DNA of 64,000 nucleotides from a virus (taxonomy: Duplodnaviria; Caudoviricetes). A model generated the notes under the pieces. The model searched no databases. It worked only from the letters and a program-made list of their open reading frames with translations, and was not told the DNA's origin. The stretch's first letter is position 1, and every line of letters starts with the position of its first letter. Location of the stretch: IMG/VR virus record IMGVR_UViG_3300021185_003040, positions 59,788 through 123,787 of that record. One strand, 5' to 3'. Below are positions 1 to 9,016 of the stretch, in pieces. The position numbers and the translations under genes were made by a program.

Positions 1-1
1 T

Positions 2-235
2 TTGATATGTAACTACTTCGTCTACATATTTAATAGCCATTAAAGTTTTATATCTTTCGTATAATGGAATTACTGGCTTGTATTTAGTAAATCTAGTTTC
101 CGAAGGATCTCTTTGTAGAAATACCATAAAGTAATCGCAGTGTTCTTTTGCTGTTTCGAATGTGTAAATATATCCGGGGTGAAGAAGATCGAAGTTCCCT
201 GCTGTAAATCCTATTTTACCTTTATTTTGATCCAT
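2..235 (-). CDS. Cytidylyltransferase-like (TagD/HIGH family) protein, N-terminal part; runs off the window
   Basis: Manual translation from ATG at 235 gives MDQNKGKIGFTAGNFDLLHPGY...ERYKTLMAIKYVDEV, with the GxFDLLHxG motif of glycerol-3-phosphate cytidylyltransferase-like enzymes. The motif ends HPGY rather than the canonical HxGH. Not in the supplied ORF track. Confidence 0.8.
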   Translation of the reverse strand, partial: MDQNKGKIGFTAGNFDLLHPGYIYTFETAKEHCDYFMVFLQRDPSETRFTKYKPVIPLYERYKTLMAIKYVDEVVTYQ

Positions 236-467
236 TTATTTTATTTTCTTGTAACTTAATTCTGAGCCACAGTTGGTGAATAATTATTTCAATGGATTTT
301 TCATCATCCTGTTCAAGCGCAGTAATTATAGAAAATTGATCAACTAGTTTTCTAGCAGAATCTAGATGATCAAAGGTAACGCAAGAATCAATGACAGCTT
401 CGATTTTCTCTATCGCCTTAATTGACCATGTTTTATAATTTCCGGGTCTGAAGATAATGTTATCCAT
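222..467 (-). CDS. Hypothetical protein
   Basis: 81-aa ORF preceded by a class-1 promoter motif; overlaps the next gene's start. Confidence 0.7.
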   Translation of the reverse strand: MDNIIFRPGNYKTWSIKAIEKIEAVIDSCVTFDHLDSARKLVDQFSIITALEQDDEKSIEIIIHQLWLRIKLQENKINGSK

Positions 468-472
468 ATTAT

Positions 473-499
473 ATTATACTTAAAAAGACTAAATTGTTT
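473..499 (-). promoter_or_regulatory. Class-1 promoter AAAC-N17-TATAAT
   Basis: One of five minus-strand copies with an identical 17-nt spacer, each just upstream of a gene. Confidence 0.7.
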
Positions 500-890
500 A
501 TATTTTATATTTAGATCTATACCACTTGATAAGAATACTTGCAGTGCTGTAGTTGGTAGCCAAGGGGATGTCATGGACATCGCAAAGTCTCATTAGCATT
601 GATATATCTACATCATGTGGATGTTTATCGAGAGGGTCTCTCATGAATATTACGCCTGTGATTTCTCCTCTAACTACCATTGCCGCTATTTCAGCATCTC
701 CACCTAGAGGACCACTTTGAACAGTAGAAACTCTATCAATTCCAGCATGCTCTACCTTTTTCCCCGTAGTTCCTGTCGTAACTATATCCACTGCATCGCT
801 ATTAAAGAAATCTAATCTCTTAGAGACAAATGCTACCATGTCTGCTTTTTTGTTATCGTGTGCAATTAATGCGAATCTCATCTTGTCCAT
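498..890 (-). CDS. mgsA: Methylglyoxal synthase
   Basis: Motifs ALIAHDxKK, TGTTG, SGPLGGD, DPLxxHPHDxD and RLCDVHxIPLATN. Confidence 0.95.
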   Translation of the reverse strand: MDKMRFALIAHDNKKADMVAFVSKRLDFFNSDAVDIVTTGTTGKKVEHAGIDRVSTVQSGPLGGDAEIAAMVVRGEITGVIFMRDPLDKHPHDVDISMLMRLCDVHDIPLATNYSTASILIKWYRSKYKI

Positions 891-901
891 ATCTTATTAA
901 T

Positions 902-931
902 AAAAAATGCTCTGTAGTTATACAGAGCATT
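902..931 (-). terminator. Intrinsic terminator overlapping the -10 of the mgsA promoter
   Basis: Stem AATGCTCTGTA / TACAGAGCATT followed by a T-run on the minus strand. Confidence 0.75.
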
Positions 932-943
932 CTTAAATTGTTT
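917..943 (-). promoter_or_regulatory. Class-1 promoter AAAC-N17-TATAAC
   Basis: Conserved motif and spacing, upstream of mgsA. Confidence 0.7.
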
Positions 944-957
944 AAATATTTTAAAGA

Positions 958-3006
958 TTACCAGCTAGCGGCCCATACAAATTCAAAGTTATGTTTCTTA
1001 CAAAACTTTTCAATCATATCTGAAATCTTAGCTTGGGCAGCTTCGTACTTAGCGTAATCTCTTCCATCTATAATATTATAAGCACTTTCACCATATTCAT
1101 CAGGATGTCTTAATTCTCTTGGCTCGTCAGTCTTATAATAAACTTTCTTTTCAGCTGTTCTAATATAAGGCATTCTTAATTCTATTCTTCTATGTGCTTT
1201 TCTTCCGCTTGCCTTTGCGATGTCATATTGCTTTTCGATTCTTGGCTTTAATCTAGTCCATTCGGCTAATATTTTATCATTAGCTTTAAAACCTGCTAAA
1301 ATAGTTTTCATGTCAAATTCTACTCCGTTTACTCTTTTGTAATCTTTGAAAACTCCAACTACATCATCCATAAATTTATCAAAGCTAGAAATAGATTGAT
1401 ATGATCCATGGACAATTCCCATACCCCATTCATCTTCTACCTTTCCAGTTGATACTTTTTTGGTTCCATTGAATAATTTTGCAAATGAATAATTAGGTCT
1501 ACGAGTTGAGTTGTTAGAAGAAAACTTAAATACTTCATGTTTCCATGATTTTCCTCGAAGATCAATAGCTAAACACAAATTACCTCCATAATTCCATTCT
1601 GATCTATAAACTCTACATCTAAATTGAATTTTTGGAAATTCCTTTTTTAAACGCTCTGCCATTTGTAAACCATTACCGAAGTTAGATTCTCTTTTGTATG
1701 CTTCTTTACATTCTTTAGATTTTCTAGCAATAGCTAAAACCTTACTTATTGTATAGTATGTTTCTGAATCGAATATTTCATCATCTGTTTCTTTATCTAA
1801 AATAACATCTTCATTAATAGATTTTAAATGAGTCAGTTTAGTGGATGTTGATTCTGCAAATGCTTCAATATCCCATTGGATTCTTTGCATTGGATCATCA
1901 CCTCTAAAGTTTTTCTCAACCCAATCAATAAGACCTGGTTCGAATTGGGCGTTTTGTGCCATATCATAGGCATTCTTCCAACCGTCGTTTGATGCAACGT
2001 CTTCTAACCATTGGTCATATTTCCTTTGAGTCCATCTTACTTTCTTAACAGCTTTCTTATGAGGACCAGCTCCTAATGTTGACTTTACAGTATTGTAGTG
2101 TTCTGGACCTGCAAATACGCCTTCTGCCCATTCTTGATCTCTTTTATTACCGTCCCAATATTTAATTTCTTTTCTGAATCTTCTTAGTGAATAATTACCA
2201 CCTTCAATTTGTTTACGCTTTGTTACTTCTCCTTGTCTGTAACCTATTTCAATCTTCTTTTCTTCGGCAGTTTTAGGATCCATTTCGAAATGTAAAGATT
2301 TTACTAAATCTCCAATACCATCAAATTTACCTTCAGTAACTACTGATTCATCTAAACCTAATGATTTATTAACTAGATCTTCAATAACAGTAGAATAATC
2401 GTCCTTCAAAGCCCATTTAATTGTTTGACCTTGACTTCTTGCTTTTTTGTTTATCCATTTAAGATGTGTTGCATCAGTAAGAAACTCGGAAGCTTCTTTT
2501 GCAATTCTCTTTGGATCCTTTTTCCATTCTTCAATAGTAGTGCCAAAGTTATTACCGTATGTAGAACCATTAGTTCTTTTAAGGTTATTGATTCCACCAA
2601 TCTTAATGTATATGTCATTATTAATAGGCATTGCTTCAAAGAAAACTACATCTCTTTCTTCTGGGTTGTTTTCACCAGATAATTGATCAATAGCATAAGT
2701 ACTATGAACTCTCCAAGTAGGTTCGCCCTTTACATTGTATGCTGCTGAGTGCGTATCTCCACCAAATTCAGAAGCTTTTAACTTATATGCTTTAGCTTCA
2801 TTGGTGGATCCGAAAGATTCAAATGATATAATGTTTTTCATTTCGCGTTGTTTCTTTTTATTTCTCTTCTTCTTATACTCTTCTTCGGCATCTCCCTTTC
2901 CGGCTGGAATATCCCCTGATCCAACTGATGTTTCAGTTGGTAAAGAGACTTCTCCCATTCCGGCCATATCGCCAAGTGATAAGTTTTCGTTTTCGTTTAA
3001 TTCCAT
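958..3006 (-). CDS. Putative internal head (poly)protein
   Basis: 682 aa; internal leader-like MKNIISFESFGSTNE|A; further sites DESVVTE|G and KSINE|D. Confidence 0.55.
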   Translation of the reverse strand: MELNENENLSLGDMAGMGEVSLPTETSVGSGDIPAGKGDAEEEYKKKRNKKKQREMKNIISFESFGSTNEAKAYKLKASEFGGDTHSAAYNVKGEPTWRVHSTYAIDQLSGENNPEERDVVFFEAMPINNDIYIKIGGINNLKRTNGSTYGNNFGTTIEEWKKDPKRIAKEASEFLTDATHLKWINKKARSQGQTIKWALKDDYSTVIEDLVNKSLGLDESVVTEGKFDGIGDLVKSLHFEMDPKTAEEKKIEIGYRQGEVTKRKQIEGGNYSLRRFRKEIKYWDGNKRDQEWAEGVFAGPEHYNTVKSTLGAGPHKKAVKKVRWTQRKYDQWLEDVASNDGWKNAYDMAQNAQFEPGLIDWVEKNFRGDDPMQRIQWDIEAFAESTSTKLTHLKSINEDVILDKETDDEIFDSETYYTISKVLAIARKSKECKEAYKRESNFGNGLQMAERLKKEFPKIQFRCRVYRSEWNYGGNLCLAIDLRGKSWKHEVFKFSSNNSTRRPNYSFAKLFNGTKKVSTGKVEDEWGMGIVHGSYQSISSFDKFMDDVVGVFKDYKRVNGVEFDMKTILAGFKANDKILAEWTRLKPRIEKQYDIAKASGRKAHRRIELRMPYIRTAEKKVYYKTDEPRELRHPDEYGESAYNIIDGRDYAKYEAAQAKISDMIEKFCKKHNFEFVWAASW

Positions 3007-3009
3007 ATC

Positions 3010-3327
3010 TTAATATTCAAATGGTGGAGTTCCATAATCACCTTGTTCGATGCCATACCATACTCCTGATACTTGTAAATACCACCATCCATATTTAGTG
3101 TCGTCTACTACTTTAAATTTCTTAGGTAATTTAACAGATTTTTTTGGAGCTCTAGCAATATACTTTAAAACTGGAACACCATCATCCCATGTTTTTTTAG
3201 TAGATCTTGCTTGAACTGATTGTCCATCTGAAAACGCATCAAATGCTTTTGCATCTTCTATTTCATCTGCTAATAAATCGATAGCTGATTCATTAATGTA
3301 TTGTTCAAATAATTTTACTTTTTTCAT
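3010..3327 (-). CDS. Putative internal head protein
   Basis: N-terminus MKKVKLFEQYINE|S resembles the T4 capsid-targeting sequence MKTYQEFIAE. Confidence 0.6.
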   Translation of the reverse strand: MKKVKLFEQYINESAIDLLADEIEDAKAFDAFSDGQSVQARSTKKTWDDGVPVLKYIARAPKKSVKLPKKFKVVDDTKYGWWYLQVSGVWYGIEQGDYGTPPFEY

Positions 3328-3328
3328 T

Positions 3329-4663
3329 TTACCAAACTATGTTTTTATTATCCCATTTAGCCATTCTTTGCTTAAGCTCTAGTGCTTTACGCTTAGCATC
3401 TCTCATATACCAAGAACTTGATGAACCGAATTTTTCTTCTTCAGTTTTCATATTAACGTATGCTGAAACATATCCTTGATAATCTGACAATATATTTGCA
3501 ATATAATTGGTTAAATCTCTAGGTCTAATTTCTCTTCCTTTAGGGTCTTTTCCTATTGTTAATTCGTTATAGTTTCCTAATTCTTTTTTAGCTAAACCAG
3601 CCATTAAGAATTGGTGTGCATCTTCGATAATTTCTTTAACTTTCTTGTCTATTTTATCTGGGTTATCAGCTTTCTTCGCAAGAATATCGTTATACCTTGT
3701 TAAGTTATCCTCTTTGATTTTCTTAGGGTTTGTAAGTGCAGTAGCTCCAGATTTTGCCTCTGCTCTTGCAGATGTCTTATCATCGGTAGATAAAGAAGCT
3801 CTTAATGTGTCTAAATTAATAATGTAACATTCGTCAGACATTTCCGCAATTCTTTTAATGTTACCTAATCCCGTTCCACTATATTGGTTGTGTGATTTGT
3901 TAACACCGACAGTATCTTTAGATCCAGGGTATTTACCCATGTTCTTAAGTCTTCTTGTGTTTTTCTTACCACCTATTGTGTCGCTGTTTCTATTCCATAT
4001 TGAATCGTTCTGAAACATTTCATTTTTTCCATTAGAAACAGCTAATAAACAATTTCCAGGAATCATTTCAACATATCTTCCGGAAGAAGGAGCATATTCA
4101 TTTTCTTTTTCATTTCTAGAAATCCAAAATACAATTACGTTTCCGAATGTTTTTGCTTTCTTATAAACTTCAACTGGGTTGCTATTAGAAATTATCATAT
4201 CATCGGTAACTTTATCTAGTGCTACTTTAGCAAGACCGTATATACCTTTAATTAATTCCTTACCACCTTTTTTGATGTCTATTAATCCTCTTAACTTGGA
4301 AGAAGCTAGAGCTTCATTAAGTTTTAAAGATTCAGTTGCTCTGTATTTTGCAAATTTACCCTTTTTAATTGTTTTAACTAATTCAGCTTCGCTATCGTCA
4401 ATATTGCCATATACATCATTATGTGTTGCTGCGTTTACTATTTCACCAGCATCACCAATAAAATAAGTTCCTCCTGCATATTCGTCTCCATCCATATCTA
4501 GATCAAAACCACCGGCATCTAATGAATTTTTAGAAATTGTGAATTCTTTTCCGTCTGCTTTTGAAAGAGCAGCTGCTAATTTTTTTGCTATTTTAGCAGT
4601 ATCTTTCTGCTTCATAACCTTTGCTTCATTGATAAAATTATCGAAGTTAGTATATAGTTTCAT
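3329..4663 (-). CDS. Putative internal head protein, two modules
   Basis: N-terminus MKLYTNFDNFINE|A; internal TESLKLNE|A. Confidence 0.55.
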   Translation of the reverse strand: MKLYTNFDNFINEAKVMKQKDTAKIAKKLAAALSKADGKEFTISKNSLDAGGFDLDMDGDEYAGGTYFIGDAGEIVNAATHNDVYGNIDDSEAELVKTIKKGKFAKYRATESLKLNEALASSKLRGLIDIKKGGKELIKGIYGLAKVALDKVTDDMIISNSNPVEVYKKAKTFGNVIVFWISRNEKENEYAPSSGRYVEMIPGNCLLAVSNGKNEMFQNDSIWNRNSDTIGGKKNTRRLKNMGKYPGSKDTVGVNKSHNQYSGTGLGNIKRIAEMSDECYIINLDTLRASLSTDDKTSARAEAKSGATALTNPKKIKEDNLTRYNDILAKKADNPDKIDKKVKEIIEDAHQFLMAGLAKKELGNYNELTIGKDPKGREIRPRDLTNYIANILSDYQGYVSAYVNMKTEEEKFGSSSSWYMRDAKRKALELKQRMAKWDNKNIVW

Positions 4664-4687
4664 TTTATATTGTTTTGTTTATAATAG

Positions 4688-4695
4688 TATATATC
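4688..4695 (-). promoter_or_regulatory. Class-2 (putative late) promoter GATATATA
   Basis: Recurring motif at about 14 gene boundaries in the window. Confidence 0.6.
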
Positions 4696-4697
4696 TT

Positions 4698-7600
4698 TTA
4701 ATGTAAGGAATCATGTGCTAATTCATTAGCTAAGTCTGGATTATCATCTGTGAAATCTGATAATTCTTCGTCAGTCATTTCTTTTCCATTAGAATATTCA
4801 CCATAACTAAAGAATGCATCTGTGAAATCTGGATAATCTTTCATATCAACATCTTCCATTTCTAATGAACTAATATCTACTTTCTTTCCTTTAAATTTAA
4901 TATAATTAGCTTCGTTAATAAAAGATTCTAATGTTAAACTAACAACTGGTTTAATTCCAGTTAATATTCTTTTTCCAAATTTAGAAAGACCAATTCCATT
5001 TTCACTTACTGTAAAGTATTTAGAATTTCTTCTCATCCATCTTTTATTATCGATTGATTTTTCTTTTAGAATATTATTGAATTCTTCTTCTGTTAATACA
5101 CCATCCGCTAATGCCTCGATCATTGCGTTTCTGACTTTAGCAGTTCTACCTGAAGTTTGTGCAGGATGATTATCGGTATATCTTCTTTTTATTTGAATTT
5201 TAGATTCTCTAAGACCCGGTTTCATTACGTTTAATTCCCACCACTGTTCTAATTGGTGATAAATATTTGCACCCATGTTTGAAATCATGAAGTCAATTAC
5301 ATCATCATAATTGTCTTTTTCATCTTGATAAAAACCAGGAGTATCGATATATTCTTTACCCATTATCTTTCTAACTGCTCTTTCTGGCATAGCATCGATT
5401 TCTTTTAAAAATTCTTCGAAATCTTCATCGTTTTTAAAACCCTTAGCTTCAATAACCATTGATTCCATTAGGCCAATAGCAATCTCTCCAACTTCTCTAT
5501 CGCCGCCGTCAACATATCTTTTGTTAAGTATTGCAAATTTAAAACCATCTGCTTTTATCGTATACATTGGCATCATACTATCACTATAGTCGTATTTGTA
5601 TTTACCTGCTTTTAATTCTTTACCGATTGCAAAGAAATCTTTAGCTTTACCTACTAAATCTGCAAGATTATCTAAGTGGTCACCAGCGTCGTCCTTTTCA
5701 TTAACTAATGATTCATAAACTCCTTTTTCAATGTTCTTGATTAAGAGTTTAGCACCCTTCTTGTCAAGTTCATTTTGAATAAAGTCCATCATTTCGTTGG
5801 GATCTTCAGCATCTATACCAAATTCAGATGCTAAGTTTTGATATGCATCAAATTCCATATTAGAAATAGTGTCTTCTAAGTCTGCATACACATCTTCATT
5901 AACTGCTGATTCTACCATTACTAGCCCTATATCCTTATATGCTATTTCATGCTCTCCACCGTCTTGATCTAGTGCAAATACTGATTTATCATGCCACATT
6001 GCAGCATTGTCATCGTTATTAGAATCAGGATTATAAATGATATATTCTTTTCCGTTTCCGGTTTGAATCATTGCATCATCTGCATCTCCTAATTTTTTTA
6101 ATAATGACTTTTTAGTATACCTTTCTTCAACAGCTTCACCTGACGTATATTCAAAATCATTATATAGTGCCTTTAACCATTCTAAAAACTCTGGAGTTTT
6201 CTTCATTACTTTCTTATGTCCGTATTCTTTAAAGAATTCTTTCTGAAAAGTATCAAATGATTTGTGATTACCTATCATTTGGTGAATGTCAGACATAACA
6301 CCCTCACTGATAACTAATTTTACATCTTTGTTTTTACCAGCTACTGCATCATCTAGTTCATTTGTAAGAGCTTTCTTTTTTGCTGTTAAATCTATTAGCT
6401 GCTGTCTAGTTGCTGCTTTCTCATCACTTCCATCTTCCGCAGCGATGTATATCTTTACAATATCTTTCATCTTATTAACTGTTTCTCCAAATTCCTTTGA
6501 AATCTTGTTAATAGATCTAGCTTCTAATATATTAGATTCTTCAATGTATTCTCCTAATTCAGGATCGTCCCATCCATTAGGATCGGCTAATACCGATTGT
6601 AAATCTTCTCTTGAACCTGTCATTTCAACTTCTGGCCAATTGCCACCAGGGCCGTTCATTGTTAAAACTTTCATTTTAACATTATATTTCTTTAAAAGCT
6701 TTTTGAGTGTTTTTGATTTAGGATCTATTGCATCCATTACTACAGTAGCTTCATTTAAATTTTCGTCTAGCTTATCAAAGAATCCACCATGTTCACTTTG
6801 TAAATCTTCACCATACTTGTCGTCCCATATTTTAGCTAATTCATCTTTAGTAATTTTACCTTTATATTTTCCCATGATTTCAACATAGACACTACCATAT
6901 TCATATTCAAAATCTTCACCATAAGAAAAATCCCATGCCTTTTCAACATCTTTAATTGTAAGCTTTTTGGCTTCAGTAACCTTTGATTCATACCATCCGT
7001 TTTCGTAATCGTCATCATCTTCATAATCATCATACTCAGGTTCTTGATACCATGATTGATTTGGATCAGATTCTGCTTCTTCAGTAAAGTCATGTCTTTT
7101 CCAATTAAATCTTGGATCTTCAACTAATGCAGGGAATAATGTCTTTTTCTTTTTATCTTTGGTCTTTATTTTACCGAATGCTAAATCAATACCAAGTTGT
7201 CTTAATTCTTTAAATGAACCTTTCATTGTTTTAACATCTTCTTCAGTATATCCATTCATTGTAGCAACAAGATCATAATAATCCATTCCACCAAATTCAC
7301 CATATCCTTCATAATCCTTTTCCGTCCACTTGTTACCCATATTATCATACATAAATACTGTAATCATGTTCTGTCTTTCAGAACCTATTTGTGTGTTTGT
7401 ATCGGATGTAAGCCATGAAAATTGACCTTCAACTATCATCTGTTCATGTAACAATTGAGCACCAGTCGTTACAATGTTTAAATAGCTTTCAGGAATTCCA
7501 TTTACAAAGTTATGTAATTCTGGTTCGAAATCTGGCATACCACATGCATATCTTGGATATGTTGCTCCTTCTGTATTTACAAGAATACTCATTCCATAAT

Positions 7601-7916
7601 ACTCTCCAAGCTCACCTGATTCAGTGTTACAATATAATACAAATACCTGTGGCACTTGAACTTTAAAGTTAGATTGTAATGGATATTCGTTATGACATCC
7701 TAATTCTTTAGTAGTGTATACGTCTAAGGAATGTAATTCTTTATCATATTTAGTTAATTCTCTATATGGAATAGAAGCTCTTTGGTTAAATAGATCTCCC
7801 CAATAAGAAGGCTTTCTCAAGGAATATTTCCCAGAAACCTTTTTGTATACTTTATATAAATCAACGTTTTCGTTCATTGAATTTACAAAGCTTTCGAATG
7901 TTTTTTTAGTGCTCAT
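4698..7916 (-). CDS. Putative multi-module internal head polyprotein
   Basis: 1072 aa; leader MSTKKTFESFVNSMNE; about 12 recurring (ES)xx[NT/hydrophobic]E junctions. Confidence 0.6.
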   Translation of the reverse strand: MSTKKTFESFVNSMNENVDLYKVYKKVSGKYSLRKPSYWGDLFNQRASIPYRELTKYDKELHSLDVYTTKELGCHNEYPLQSNFKVQVPQVFVLYCNTESGELGEYYGMSILVNTEGATYPRYACGMPDFEPELHNFVNGIPESYLNIVTTGAQLLHEQMIVEGQFSWLTSDTNTQIGSERQNMITVFMYDNMGNKWTEKDYEGYGEFGGMDYYDLVATMNGYTEEDVKTMKGSFKELRQLGIDLAFGKIKTKDKKKKTLFPALVEDPRFNWKRHDFTEEAESDPNQSWYQEPEYDDYEDDDDYENGWYESKVTEAKKLTIKDVEKAWDFSYGEDFEYEYGSVYVEIMGKYKGKITKDELAKIWDDKYGEDLQSEHGGFFDKLDENLNEATVVMDAIDPKSKTLKKLLKKYNVKMKVLTMNGPGGNWPEVEMTGSREDLQSVLADPNGWDDPELGEYIEESNILEARSINKISKEFGETVNKMKDIVKIYIAAEDGSDEKAATRQQLIDLTAKKKALTNELDDAVAGKNKDVKLVISEGVMSDIHQMIGNHKSFDTFQKEFFKEYGHKKVMKKTPEFLEWLKALYNDFEYTSGEAVEERYTKKSLLKKLGDADDAMIQTGNGKEYIIYNPDSNNDDNAAMWHDKSVFALDQDGGEHEIAYKDIGLVMVESAVNEDVYADLEDTISNMEFDAYQNLASEFGIDAEDPNEMMDFIQNELDKKGAKLLIKNIEKGVYESLVNEKDDAGDHLDNLADLVGKAKDFFAIGKELKAGKYKYDYSDSMMPMYTIKADGFKFAILNKRYVDGGDREVGEIAIGLMESMVIEAKGFKNDEDFEEFLKEIDAMPERAVRKIMGKEYIDTPGFYQDEKDNYDDVIDFMISNMGANIYHQLEQWWELNVMKPGLRESKIQIKRRYTDNHPAQTSGRTAKVRNAMIEALADGVLTEEEFNNILKEKSIDNKRWMRRNSKYFTVSENGIGLSKFGKRILTGIKPVVSLTLESFINEANYIKFKGKKVDISSLEMEDVDMKDYPDFTDAFFSYGEYSNGKEMTDEELSDFTDDNPDLANELAHDSLH

Positions 7917-7936
7917 TTTTATTTGTATTTGTTTAT

Positions 7937-9016
7937 TTAAACTCGGTTAGGCTTTATTTTATATTTAAATTTACCTTGTGTAATAGAATATATTTGTAAT
8001 TTGCTAGTTTTTCCAGGTAATTTCTTGTAATAGTGAAAAGCTACTATTTCATGATCTTTAGACTCTATAAAAAGGAATGGAGTAGGTATATCTCCTACTG
8101 CTGAAATTACATCGTCTTGTATTTCAGTAAATGTTCTAACGGAAGGCTCAGTCTCTATTATACTTTTAATTTTTTCTGCAGTTTTAGAGTCACTTAGCTT
8201 TCCTAATTCTACGTCATTAAATTTAATTACTAATGCGCCGTTATCTTTATCTCCAGGACCTATTTTAAAATCTCTTTCACTAGAAGAAAGGGCCTGAATA
8301 TCTGTCTTAGTTAAATTTTGAATATGCTTAAATCTTTTTCCACCTACAGTTCCCCATTCATTTATCCAACCTCCACCGGCAGCCATATCTTTACCATCTC
8401 CGTCCGGGTTGATTTCTTCAATATTATATTTTACTGCGTCATATAATGCCGTTAACTTCGGTACATAAGTACTATTAATTCCCTGGTGTTTTGCACCTGT
8501 TCTCCAATTTTGTAACATGCCCTTTGACATTTGAGCTTCTTTTAACTCACATTTACCAAGGGGTGGTTTAATTGGTGACCACCTTTCATTATATAATTCT
8601 AAGTCAGTATCGGCCGCACCTCCACCTATTTTTATATTTTCTACAATATACGCTAGCATTATTTCTCCAGCACCAATTCCATTATCGTCTCTTCCAATAT
8701 TAAACAATTCGTTTGCTTCGCTTTTATTTAACATTAAATATTGAAAAACTACTCCGAATGTATCGTCATCCATTTTAGAAAGCCATAACCTACCATCAGG
8801 TTGTTGTTTAACATCCTGTGTTGAAGTAAACTTAACACCTTGCCATGGACACTTATTCTTTTTAAATGTTCTATTAATTGAATTAAATAAATTCTGTTGG
8901 GCAGCCTTACTGCCGGTTGATGCAACTCCAATATAGGATTCTATAATTAATGCTTCATTTTCAGCATTGGTTTTTGCAGCACTATGTAGTGCTCTTTCAA
9001 AATCGTACCTATCCAT
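7937..9016 (-). CDS. Putative PD-(D/E)xK-fold nuclease
   Basis: GxGE...D.DL...ELK arrangement (GAGEIML, DTDLEL, CELKE) resembles a restriction-endonuclease-like active site. Confidence 0.45.
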   Translation of the reverse strand: MDRYDFERALHSAAKTNAENEALIIESYIGVASTGSKAAQQNLFNSINRTFKKNKCPWQGVKFTSTQDVKQQPDGRLWLSKMDDDTFGVVFQYLMLNKSEANELFNIGRDDNGIGAGEIMLAYIVENIKIGGGAADTDLELYNERWSPIKPPLGKCELKEAQMSKGMLQNWRTGAKHQGINSTYVPKLTALYDAVKYNIEEINPDGDGKDMAAGGGWINEWGTVGGKRFKHIQNLTKTDIQALSSSERDFKIGPGDKDNGALVIKFNDVELGKLSDSKTAEKIKSIIETEPSVRTFTEIQDDVISAVGDIPTPFLFIESKDHEIVAFHYYKKLPGKTSKLQIYSITQGKFKYKIKPNRV

